64,000 nt of DNA from Eledone cirrhosa (Eukaryota). Shown piece after piece: positions 14,176 through 26,212 of this stretch. A program made the translations under genes and the position numbers. The stretch spans positions 166,842,001 to 166,906,000 of the forward strand of contig OZ024740.1 in the NCBI GenBank assembly GCA_964016885.1, written 5' to 3'. The notes beneath the pieces were generated by a model. The model made no database searches. It worked only from the letters and a program-made list of their open reading frames with translations, and had not been told where the DNA came from. How positions within the stretch are numbered: position 1 is the first letter of the stretch; each line of letters opens with the position of its first letter.

Positions 14176-14328
14176 AATAAACCTTTCAAGGATTTACACA
14201 AATCCAGCCTCCTGTCATTTCATTATAATATTTAACTCTGTAATAGCATACAACTGCATTACTATATTATTGCATTACGATTGACCATACGGAATAGACC
14301 AGCTCTATACAGTGGTGAAGCTCAAACC

Positions 14329-14400
<72 letters not shown>

Positions 14401-14408
14401 TATATTTA

Positions 14409-14440
<32 letters not shown>

Positions 14441-14717
14441 CATTGTTTACCATCAAATTGAATTGCCATCTGTCATATACTATCCCTTCTCTACTTCCTT
14501 TCTTACAACTAATATAAATACTTTAATTTTTCTGATTTTTTCCAAATTGTCCAATATCTCTGAAGAAGTGACAACTGATTATACATTTGCTATCGAATAG
14601 TTGCTAACATTATATGATTACGCAAGCAGCAATAGATAGGTTTCCGTCTGTTAGAGAAACATATGTCAATACCTAATAAATTCCTTTATAAAAGCACATT
14701 CATTTTATATTCATCTT

Positions 14718-14754
<37 letters not shown>

Positions 14755-14840
14755 AACGAGTAGGACCCCGACGGCTGAGCTCAAGCCGTTTCGACGGCTA
14801 ATTCTGGTACGTTGGTGCGTTATGGTCCACATTTCCTTCG

Positions 14841-14909
<69 letters not shown>

Positions 14910-14914
14910 CGCAC

Positions 14915-14952
<38 letters not shown>

Positions 14953-14956
<4 letters not shown>

Positions 14957-15124
14957 GGGCTCCCACAGGAGCACTGAGTGCAATGTCAACTGTGGATGTC
15001 GGTGAGCATGTCCAGCTAACCTCAGTCCCCTCTGTGTCACTTTTGAGCTGACTTTTGGGATGCTCCCATACAGCTCTGAGTTTTTCATCTTCAGTGTATA
15101 CTGATTAATGTATACTGATTAATG
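14953..15124 (-). mobile_element. RTE-like LINE fragment (region after the RT domain)
   Basis: Translates to [43 protein letters not shown], matching about 36975-37130. Confidence 0.85.
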
Positions 15125-15351
15125 TTTCGAACGTTCAACCATCTGGCAGAAGGGTATACGGTGCTGATGATAGCTAACAAGCTTGAAACTAGTACATCGT
15201 TCCTGTGTCAGTGTTGAACAAAAAGGTGACGTGGTCGCCTTAACACCGTACGGCATAAATTCAGGCTGTTCAGTTTGTTTACAAACGAACAAAGCGTGCG
15301 TTATAATAAGCGTCCGCTAAATTGATACGTACATATATGTATGTGTACCTG

Positions 15352-15415
<64 letters not shown>

Positions 15416-15530
15416 TGCTACTGTACGTCTGTATACATATATGTATGTACGTTTACATACATACTTACATTTAAGTAAGTGTCGTACTAAGAGTGAGAAA
15501 TGAAATTTCGTTTTCATTTTATTACAACTT
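15125..15530 (+). mobile_element. Solo pLTR; family shared with 33850-34170 and 34858-35190
   Basis: Sequence similarity among the three copies; contains an HHR. Confidence 0.75.
15159..15199 (+). ncRNA. Minimal type I hammerhead (palindromic ACUAGU, GUA triplet)
   Basis: CGGUG-CUGAUGA-UAGCUAACAAGCUU-GAAA-CUAG-UA-CAUCG. Confidence 0.85.
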
Positions 15531-15605
15531 ATATATATATATACATATATATATATATAAATATATGTATATATATATAAATATATATATATATATAAAT
15601 ATAAT

Positions 15606-17210
15606 TAATACAATAACAGAGATAGTTTAAAGCTAATCTCTGACTGGTAACCATCTCACTCAACAAACATTAGGTTGTATTTTAATATAAACCCAATTTA
15701 AGTGTTTGGGGTGCTAACAATATGTATTATGTGGAAAAGCCAGTTGCATTATTTTATGAGATATAATTAAAGTTAAAATATATCTCTCTTTCCAAACAAT
15801 TGTTTCATTATAAGTTTTCTACAAATTCGGAGAATATTTCCAGTTTATGTAGAAGCCTAATATACATTCATGTAAGAATATATTTAGGTGGGCGCTTATA
15901 AATCATCAGTGGAAGCCCATTAAACTTTGATATATGAAAAACATTTCTTACTATAGTTAAAAATCGTGTCTGTTAATTTGCTCCCCCCCCCCCCGCATCG
16001 AATGACCGGCAAATTTGAAATTCCAGTAGTTTTTGACTGAGAAAGTATTGTAGCGTCACTAAGCGGCAAGGGGAGACAACCAAGATCCACGAAAGGAGGA
16101 AAAAAAATAATATACACGCGGGTTAATTAGCTTTTTCGAAAACATTATCAATCCAACGTGTTAAGAACTCAATTGAAATTTAAAAAATAAATATATGCGT
16201 GTATAAATTACACACGCATATAGATATTTTCTTAGGCTAAAATCAGAGGTTGTACCTGAATAAGAAACCGCATCTCGTAACCGTAGTAAATACGGAAAGT
16301 TATGGTTTAGAAAGCAAATGGGAATGTAAATCTCCGGCCGAATTAAGAGTAAAATATAAAACACACGCAGGTTAATTAGTTATTTCAAATCCAATATCAA
16401 TTCCTCGTGTAAAGAACTCAATTAATTTAAAAAAATAAATGTATGCATGTAATTATATACATAGGCATATATATATATATATTTTCCTAGGCTAAAAAAC
16501 AGAGAAGTTACAACTACTAAAAACCACAATATCGCACAACAGTAATAAATACAGAAGGTCAAACTTATAAGGTACCTGGAAATAAACACCTCTGGCCAAT
16601 CAAGAGTAAAATATGAATACAATAACAGAGATAGTTTAAAGCTAATCTCTGACTGGTAACCATCCCACTCAACAAACATTAGGTTGTATTTTAATATAAA
16701 CCCAATTTAAGTGTTTGGGGTGCTAACAATATGTATTATGTGGAAAAGCCAGTTGCATTATTTTATGAGATATAATTAAAGTTAAAATATATCTCTCTTT
16801 CCAAACAATTGTTTCATTATAAGTTTTCTACAAATTCGGAGAATATTTCCAGTTTATGTAGAAGCCTAATATACATTCATGTAAGAATATATTTAGGTGG
16901 GCGCTTATAAATCATCAGTGGAAGCCCATTAAACTTTGATATAAGAAAAACATTTCTTACCATAGTTAAAAATCGTGTCTGTTAATTTGCTCCCTCCCGC
17001 ATCGAATGACCGGCAAATTTGAAACTCCAGCAGTTTTTGTAACGTCACTAAGCGGCAAGGGGAGACAACCAAGATCCACGAAAGGAGGAAAAAAAATAAT
17101 ATACACGCGGGTTAATTAGCTTTTTCGAAAACATTATCAATCCAACGTGTTAAGAACTCAATTGAAATTAAAAAAATAAATATATGCGTGTATAAATTAC
17201 ACACGCATAT
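15606..17210. repeat. Direct duplication with a period of about 1.0 kb (partial tandem non-coding element)
   Basis: 15608-16220 is repeated at 16618-17210; a third short sub-repeat lies at 16340-16500. Confidence 0.85.
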
Positions 17211-17301
17211 ATAAATATATATATATATAAATATATGTATATATATATTCATATATATATTTATATATATATACATATATATATTTATATATATATACAT
17301 A

Positions 17302-17336
<35 letters not shown>

Positions 17337-17464
17337 AAAGTTATATTTAAATTGTTGTGTTACAACTAGTAAATATTTATAACTGATATAAAAGCACTCG
17401 ACAAATATTTGGAGTATATTTACAATATTAAATAAATGGAAACTATATTTATAAAACCATATTT

Positions 17465-17528
17465 ATTTCATTATATATATTTCAGGGATAACATATTAAC
17501 AATATGCTATGCCTTCCTCAGACAAAAT
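17465..17528 (-). ncRNA. Type I hammerhead in the inverted pLTR of PLE A
   Basis: Reverse complement of 21551-21614. Confidence 0.8.
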
Positions 17529-17979
17529 ACAATATAAACAGTTTTATAGATAAATAGATTCGACACACCGTAACAACATCTCCTTGGGAAGGTTGATTTG
17601 GTTGTGACAAAATTGTACACAGAGAGAAAGAAAGAGAGAGAGAGAAAGAGAGAAAAAGATAGAAAAAAGGAAAGAAAGACAGAAAACGAAGAAAAAGAAA
17701 AAGAAAAAGAAAAAGAAGAAATGCATGGAACAAAATAGAGAGATGGAAAGATAGATAAAGAGAAGAAACTTCATGTAAAGAAACAGAGAGATATATATAT
17801 ATAGAGAGAGAGAGGAAATAGAGATAGATACATATATAAAAACTGTTGAATAACGTATCAATGATACATTTATTTATTTATTTATTTATTTATTTAGCTC
17901 TAGTATTAATGTAAGGGAGATATATGGAGGGAAAACCAGCTGTTATATAGGGAGAGAAAAAATATAGAGAGAGAAAAAA

Positions 17980-20206
17980 ATGGAATTCTTTAAGATTACT
18001 TCCTCTTTAAAAGACATACCTCTACCTAGAAACAAAGACTTTATAAAACAATTAATAGATAAATCTGACTCTTTTATAAGGAGAATCAGGTGGCGAGCAT
18101 TCCACTTTGATAAATCTAATACAAACGAAAATGTCTCGGACTTAAACAAAGTTTTCAAATCTAAAAGAAATCCACCCCCTAACAAACTTTTATCTGACTT
18201 TGAAAACGATATAATTTCTATCATACAAGGGGTCAAATTCAAGAGAAACTTCAAAGGCCAGGAATATCTGAAAGGCATTAAGGATAACATTGAGAGCTTA
18301 GAGAAAACTGAGAAGATCTTGGTGAAATCTGACAAGACCAACAACCTCTATGGAGTGCAGAAAGACATGTATAATGGCCTCATACTGAAAGAGCTGAGGA
18401 AAAAGTACAAGGTAGCAGATAAGGCCGAGCTTGAGAAAATGAATGTTGAAGCATCTTGTATAATGCACGAGTTGGAAATTGAGAACAGAACACAACCTTT
18501 CGTGCCCAGGAAACCGAAGATCAATATGAAAGATCACAAGCGGAATTTTGAAAATGACCTGCCAGTTAGATTGATCGCACCATCAAAATCGGACCTGGGC
18601 AAATTAAGCAAAAACATTCTTGACAGGGTGATACGGCAAATTAAGAACTTGGATTGTTTATCTAACCTGAGCTTGTGGAAGGGAACTGGAGAAGTCGTTG
18701 AGTGGTTTAAGCAAATTAAATATAACAATAATAATAAGTTTATTCAACTTGATATAGCTAACTATTATTCTTCTATTACCCCTAATCTACTAAATAAGGC
18801 ACTAAATTACGCATTCAAACATACTGACCTAACTAGCAATGAAATGCATATTATATTATCGGCTAGGAAAACTTTGATAGAATTTAATGACCAACTATGG
18901 ACCAGAGCAGATAGAGATAGCAATTTTGACATTACTATGGGATCATCCTACTCAGCCCAGGTAACTGACCTTGTGGGTTTATTTTTAATCAATTCGCTAC
19001 ATAGGAAAATACCCGGTACTACCGGAGGTTTATATAGAGACGACATGCTTTCACTTATTGATAATAATAACTCTGAACTAAATAGAAAATGTAAACAAAT
19101 TACACAATTTTTTAATTACTTTAATCTTAAAATAGAAATTGAAAACAACCATAGAATAGTCAATTTCCTAGATATAACATTAAATCTCAACACATGTCTT
19201 CACTATCCTTTTCACAAGTTGAATGAAAACTTAAACTATGTAAACTTTAACTCTAACCACCCCAGATCTGTCAAAAACACTATAGTAAACTCTGTCCAAA
19301 AACGTATCTCTAGGATCTCGTCGAATAGAAAGATTTTCGACGAAAAAGCCCAATACTACAATGAAGCATTAGCTAGAGCAGGATATGCTGATAAGATTGT
19401 GTACATAGATAATGATAGACAAACTAAACAAAGTAACAACTTTTTTAATTACGGCAACATCCTTAACAACTATAATAGAAAGCATTACAATAATTCCAAA
19501 GGCCAAAAAAGAAATAGAACTAGGAACATAATTTGGTTTGCCCCCCCCCCCCCCCCCCCCTTTCTCACTAAACATTAAAACCCACATCGCTAAACTATTT
19601 TTTAAAGCTCTTGATAATCGCTTCCCTAGAACACATAGATATCACTCAATTTTCAATAGACATACAATTAAATTAACCTACTCATCCACCAAAAATTTAG
19701 CACAAAATATCAATAGAATAAATAATAGGAACTTAAAACCTAGTGATAACAGCATAAATAATATACAAGTTAACAAATGTAACTGTAGAGATAGATCTAA
19801 ATGTCCGTTAAATAACAACTGCTTAGTTAAAAATATAGTATACAATTGTAATGTTAATACTGACTCTAATTCTTTTAACTACGTCGGTTCCACATCGACG
19901 GAATTTAAACTTCGCTATAATAACCACAAGAATTCTTTCACAGATCCAAGTAAAAAATCTTCAACGGCACTATCAGGCGTACTATGGCAACTTAAGCTAG
20001 ATAACGTTAGATATTCGACGGCTTGGAATATAGTCTCAAGAGGGATTCCTTTTAATTCATCCTCTGAGACATGTGACCTCTGCGCAGAGGAGATATTCTT
20101 TATACTAAAATCTAAAAATTCCCTTAATCTACGGACAAATTTATTCAGTTGTTGCAAACATAGATTAAACTCAACGTTTAAGTATAAATTTAAATTTAAA
20201 ATGTAG
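17980..20206 (+). CDS. PLE reverse transcriptase plus GIY-YIG endonuclease; one frameshift in the poly-C run at 19541-19560
   Basis: RT motifs SLKDIP, RIRWRAFHF, SDKTNNLY, QLDIANYYSSI, FDITMGS, GGLYRDD, NFLDITL, SNHP. Then CNC..CPL..CL, IVY..YVGST..FKLRYNNH, CDLC..E, LN.R..CCKH. Confidence 0.9.
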
Positions 20207-21415
20207 TATATTTAGTTTGATTTATAATTATATGGGAAACTAGCCGATAAATCTTTGATTCTCTTTTTACTCTTTTTATTTTTATTTTATTTATTTAAAC
20301 ATTCTTCATGGAAAATTAAGCTATTCTAAAAGTTGATGCTCCAAATATTTCGAATAAACGTTACACTAGATAAACTTCTATATTAAATATAAGAACACAT
20401 GTAGAGCAAATTGGGCTGCGATTTGATAGATAATTTTTGGCTTTATCTGTTTTTCGACTCTGATGTTTATAATGAACTTGGCAATATATTGTCAATTAAT
20501 TAATTTTGAAGGGTTGATCTTTGTGGTTTATTTTATTTTTATTACTGTAGTATTTCCTAATTTTTATTTTTTAATATTTTTAATATGTAAATTTTTAATA
20601 TGTAATATTTTTAATATATAATATTCTTTCGTAATATTTCTTAGTTTTCTATTTTATTATTACTTATTATTATTATTGTTATTTTTAGTTTAGTTTTGTT
20701 TCCGATATATTTTAATTTTTATTAGTATGTTGAAATCTGCTCTATCTTTGCTTGATAGATAATCTTGTAGAGTAGAGACGGAAATAGTAATTTTGACTCT
20801 ATATACACATATATGTATACTTAAATTTTTATACCGCATTGAGAATACTTTCCGTGAACTTAGGGTTTGCAGAATTGATCATGTACATTCACATAAACAT
20901 ATGAATTTTTTAAAAAACTAAACATAAGATCATTAATTTTCACACATTGTGGATACATATCTCATTCAGGAATACTGATATTTGCAATGCAGAGGCTGGT
21001 TTTGTAAATACTAGTACCTCTACATTAAAACAGAGGTTTGTACGCCTCGCCTGTGTCTGGATATTTTTGAATTTTCTCTCTCTCTTTTTTTCTCTCTCTA
21101 TATTTTTTCTCTCCCTATATAACAGCTGGTTTTCCCTCCATATATCTCCCTTACATTAATACTAGAGCTAAATAAATAAATAAATAAATAAATGTATCAT
21201 TGATACGTTATTGAACAGTTTTTATATAGGTATCTATCTCTATTTCCTCTCTCTCTATATATATATATCTCTCTCTGTTTCTTTACATGAAGTTTCTTCT
21301 CTTTATCTATCTTTCCATCTCTCTATTTTGTTCCATGCATTTCTTCTTTTTCTTTTTCTTTTTCTTTTTCTTTTTCTTTTTCTTTTTCTTCGTTTTCTGT
21401 CTTTCTTTCCTTTTT

Positions 21416-21446
<31 letters not shown>

Positions 21447-21550
21447 TTCTTTCTCTCTGTGTACAATTTTGTCACAACCAAATCAACCTTCCCAAGGAGA
21501 TGTTGTTACGGTATGTCGAATCTATTTATCTATAAAACTGTTTATATTGT

Positions 21551-21614
21551 ATTTTGTCTGAGGAAGGCATAGCATATTATTAATATGTTATCCCTGAAAT
21601 ATATATAATGAAAT
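21551..21614 (+). ncRNA. Type I hammerhead in the 3' pLTR of PLE A
   Basis: AUUUUGU-CUGAGGA-AGGCAUAGCAUAUU/AAUAUGUUAUCCCU-GAAA-UAUAUA-UA-AUGAAAU. Confidence 0.8.
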
Positions 21615-21656
21615 AAATATGGTTTTATAAATATAGTTTCCATTTATTTAATATTG

Positions 21657-21690
<34 letters not shown>

Positions 21691-21716
21691 CATATATCTA
21701 TATATATACATATATT

Positions 21717-21750
<34 letters not shown>

Positions 21751-21869
21751 CATATATTTATATATATATATATTTATATATATATATACATATATATATT
21801 TATATATATATATACATATATTTATACATATATACATATATTTATATATATATATACATATATTTATAT

Positions 21870-22285
21870 ATCTCTATCTATCTAAGGTGGGTAAAATTCC
21901 CGAGATCCATGGACGAGTTCTCTCCAGCGGTCTCTGTCCCTTATTATCGCTGCCATGTCCTGCGTCTCCAACAGACCAGTGTTTGTCCTTAGGGCGTCAA
22001 CATACTTTAACCTTAGTCTTCCACTTCTAGTGTGTCCATGTAGGGGCTCCCAAAGGAGTACTGAGTGCAATGTCAACTCTGGATGTCGGTTAGCATGTCC
22101 AGCTAACCTCAACTTGAGATCGGTGTGGAAGTCAGACCTTCGTAGAGACCTGAAAATCCGCCTCTTCATTGCTGTAGTGGAATATGTGCTGCTGTATGGG
22201 TCTGAGACTTGGGCACTGACAAAGAAACTCACTCAGATGGTGGATGGGTGCTACACGAGAATGCTGAGGATGGCTCTGAACATAA
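21870..22285 (-). mobile_element. RTE-like LINE 3' end with an inverted 5' segment (22112-22285)
   Basis: Minus strand [12 protein letters not shown]...GSREFYPP* followed by a (TAGA)n tail. Plus strand [18 protein letters not shown]...YGSETW...[13 protein letters not shown]. Confidence 0.88.
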
Positions 22286-22286
22286 T

Positions 22287-22319
<33 letters not shown>

Positions 22320-22324
22320 ACATA

Positions 22325-22410
<86 letters not shown>

Positions 22411-22449
22411 CATATATTTATATATATATATATATATGCTTATATACAA

Positions 22450-22685
22450 GTTTGCAGTTGAAAATTGCAAACTTGACTGTCACCATACATTATGAACCTG
22501 GAGATTGCGAAAGCATGAAAGTACTTGTTCAATTAACACTTAACATTTAATATTCAATCATACTATTTCATTATAATACCATTATAATTTTAAAGGATTG
22601 TAAATAAAAAGAGTAAATCAGACAAAGTTGGAATTCCTCTTACTAATATAATGTTCTATACACAATCATACACACCCGTGTATAT
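22450..22685 (+). mobile_element. Solo pLTR of the PLE E family with a mutated minimal HHR at 22493-22531
   Basis: Matches 50335-50533 and the reverse complement of 47060-47135. UGAAC-CUGGAGA-UUGCGAAAGCAU-GAAA-GUAC-UU-GUUCA. Confidence 0.8.
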
Positions 22686-22746
22686 TTATCTATCCATATA
22701 TATATACATATATATATATATATACATACATACGTATAAATATACA

Positions 22747-22830
<84 letters not shown>

Positions 22831-22969
22831 TACATACATATATATGTGTATACATATATACATACATATAGATATGCATACATATATACATACATATATA
22901 TATGAATACATATATACATACATGTATATATATACATATACATATATACACATATATAGTAATAATAAT

Positions 22970-23514
22970 AAATTTGAAGACTAAAATCCAACGAGGGCTC
23001 GATAAGGATAAATATATATCAAATATATAAGAACCGTAGAGCAAGTATTTATTAAAATAACAGATTAAAGTTTAAGCAAAGAATCGCTGCTTTCACCCTT
23101 AACGGGATCTTCTGAAACTAACAAAGTCAATCTGGAAACGCAGAAGTGGATATTTGAAAAAACGTTGAAACCGGAGAAAGACAGGAAGACAATACTTTGA
23201 TTCGTGGAAACGTTTCCTGGCAAAAAACGGGAAAATACGAAGGCACACGCACACACACATATTTATATGTGCGTGGTTTTGTATACCTATGGCGAGTGTT
23301 TTCGCATATGCTTGTGTATGTACGTATTTGGACGCATGTATGTATTTATTTCATTTCAATTACCTCTGGATTGTATTTTATTTACTTTATTCTTAACTGT
23401 AAATATCCACTTCTGCATTTACAGATTGACTTTGTTAGTTTCAGAAGAACCCATTAAGGGTGAAAGCAGCGATTCTTTGCTTAAACTTCAATCTGTTATT
23501 TTAATAAATATATT

Positions 23515-23515
<1 letters not shown>
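22970..23515. mobile_element. Head-to-head pLTR fold-back with variant HHRs at 23069-23119 (-) and 23437-23487 (+)
   Basis: 23045-23156 is inverted at 23400-23512. AGUUU-CAGAAGA-ACCCAUUAAGGGU-GAAA-GCAGCGAUUCUUUGC-UU-AAACU. Confidence 0.78.
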
Positions 23516-23556
<41 letters not shown>

Positions 23557-23693
23557 CACGAACATATATATATATATATACACGCACAGATATATATATA
23601 CATATATATATACACGCACATATATATATATATATACATATATATACATACACGCACAGATATATATATATATATATATATACATACACGCAC

Positions 23694-23738
<45 letters not shown>

Positions 23739-23744
23739 TATATA

Positions 23745-24198
23745 TAGTATAAAAGAGAAAACACAGGTAAGCATTAAGAGAACGATTTTATCCAGGTATT
23801 TACGACCGTTTCATTGGTAAGTGCAACCTTATAATAATATACTGCATATAGCAGCCACTCAATTATAATGGTTGTTCACAGTCCAAATTTTCAAAATTAA
23901 AAAAAACAACCTTTTTTTTTTAAATTTGGACTGTGAACCACAATTATAATTGAGTGGCTTCTATTTGCAGTATAGCAATATAAGGTTACACTTACCAATG
24001 AAACGGTCGTAAATACCTGGATAAAATCTTTCTCTTAATGCTTACCTGCGTTTTCTCTTTTATACTTTATACTCCAAGATTGAACGAAATTCTTACACAC
24101 TTGTGGAGTTACCCCTAACCTTACGTTGAAACCATCCATGAAACTGGCTTTCTTAACCAAGAACTGGATCACAATAAGCAATTTTTTGCTTCTCTAAC
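23745..24198. mobile_element. Fold-back pLTR pair (arms 23745-23892 and 23922-24066) with the 3' half of an HHR
   Basis: Inverted arms of about 145 bp; GAAA-CGGUCG-UA motif near 24000. Confidence 0.7.
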
Positions 24199-24231
24199 TA
24201 TATATATATATATAAATATATATATATATAC

Positions 24232-24411
24232 GTTATTACGGGTTGAATCGGAGGTAACCACACTAAGTAAGGTACTCAATATATTGCAGAGTATAAAAGT
24301 TTTAATATAGATGAGATTCTACAGGACTAGAACTGTTTCAGTCTTTAGAAATCATCAGGAATCCCTGATGATTTCTAAAGAATGAAACAGTTCTAGTCCT
24401 GTAGAATCTCA

Positions 24412-24416
<5 letters not shown>
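24232..24416. mobile_element. Head-to-head pLTR mini-element with overlapping opposite-strand HHRs at 24313-24365 (-) and 24362-24410 (+)
   Basis: Minus strand reads GGGAUUC-CUGAUGA-UUUCUAAAGACU-GAAA-CAG..CUG-UA-GAAUCUC. Palindrome centred near 24362. Confidence 0.8.
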
Positions 24417-24448
<32 letters not shown>

Positions 24449-24485
24449 TTATATATACATATATTTATATATATATACATATATT

Positions 24486-25187
<702 letters not shown>

Positions 25188-25220
25188 TATACCTAACTGT
25201 ACCAAGGATTACACACATTT

Positions 25221-25280
<60 letters not shown>

Positions 25281-25284
<4 letters not shown>

Positions 25285-25647
25285 GATATTAAATAAATGG
25301 AAACTATATTTATAAAACCATATCTATTTCATTATATATATTTCAGGGATATCATATTAAAAATATGTTATGCCTTCTTCAGACAAAATACAATATAAAC
25401 AGTCTTATAAATACAGTCTTATAAATAGATAGATTTGACATACCTTTCAACTTCAACTTCCATTTAAAAAGTTGATTTGGTAGTGAAAAATATTAGGGAC
25501 AGTTATAAAAAGAAAGAAAGAAAAAACGAAGAAATATATATATATTTGGAAATATTATAACAATATGACCCTCCCCAAATATAACAATATAAAAATATAC
25601 GCGTGTATATGTGTGTATATGTACGTATGTATATATAAGTATACATC

Positions 25648-25689
<42 letters not shown>

Positions 25690-26160
25690 GTATATATATA
25701 TAATGTATATATATATATATACACACATATATATATATATATACATGCATATACACACGCACACTTGCGTATATTTATATATTGTTATATTTGGGGAGGG
25801 TCATATTGTTATAATATTTCCAAATATATATATATTTCTTCGTTTTTTCTTTCTTTCTTTTTATAACTGTCCCTAATATTTTTCACTACCAAATCAACTT
25901 TTTAAATGGAAGTTGAAGTTGAAAGGTATGTCAAATCTATCTATTTATAAGACTGTTTATATTGTATTTTGTCTGAAGAAGGCATAACATATTTTTAATA
26001 TGATATCCCTGAAATATATATAATGAAATAGATATGGTTTTATAAATATAGTTTCCATTTATTTAATATCGTAAATATACTCCAAATACTTGTTGAGTGC
26101 TTTTATATCAGTTATAAATATTTACTAGTTGTAACCCAACAATTTAAATATAACTTTCCA
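25281..26160. mobile_element. Non-autonomous head-to-head pLTR pair related to PLE A, with HHRs at 25326-25389 (-) and 25966-26029 (+)
   Basis: 25281-25605 is inverted at 25767-26073. Core is CUGAAGA...GAAA-UAUAUA-UA. Confidence 0.85.
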
Positions 26161-26212
26161 TATATATATATATATATATAACCTGCAAAACCTTTGCGAT
26201 ACTATCCAAACT

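Larger units (their letters stand above)
8430..14334. mobile_element. 5.9 kb non-coding fold-back element: inverted 5'-truncated copy (8430-11190) plus a complete pLTR-body-pLTR unit (11184-14334)
   Basis: 8430-11190 is the reverse complement of about 12140-14232. Direct repeats at 11184-11477 and 14079-14334. Three HHR motifs, no long ORF, (TA)n on both sides. Confidence 0.85.
17333..21657 (+). mobile_element. Penelope-like element A (Naiad-like) with a 5' inverted pLTR
   Basis: RT plus GIY-YIG ORF. 17420-17980 is the reverse complement of about 21075-21657. (TA)n flanks. Confidence 0.92.
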
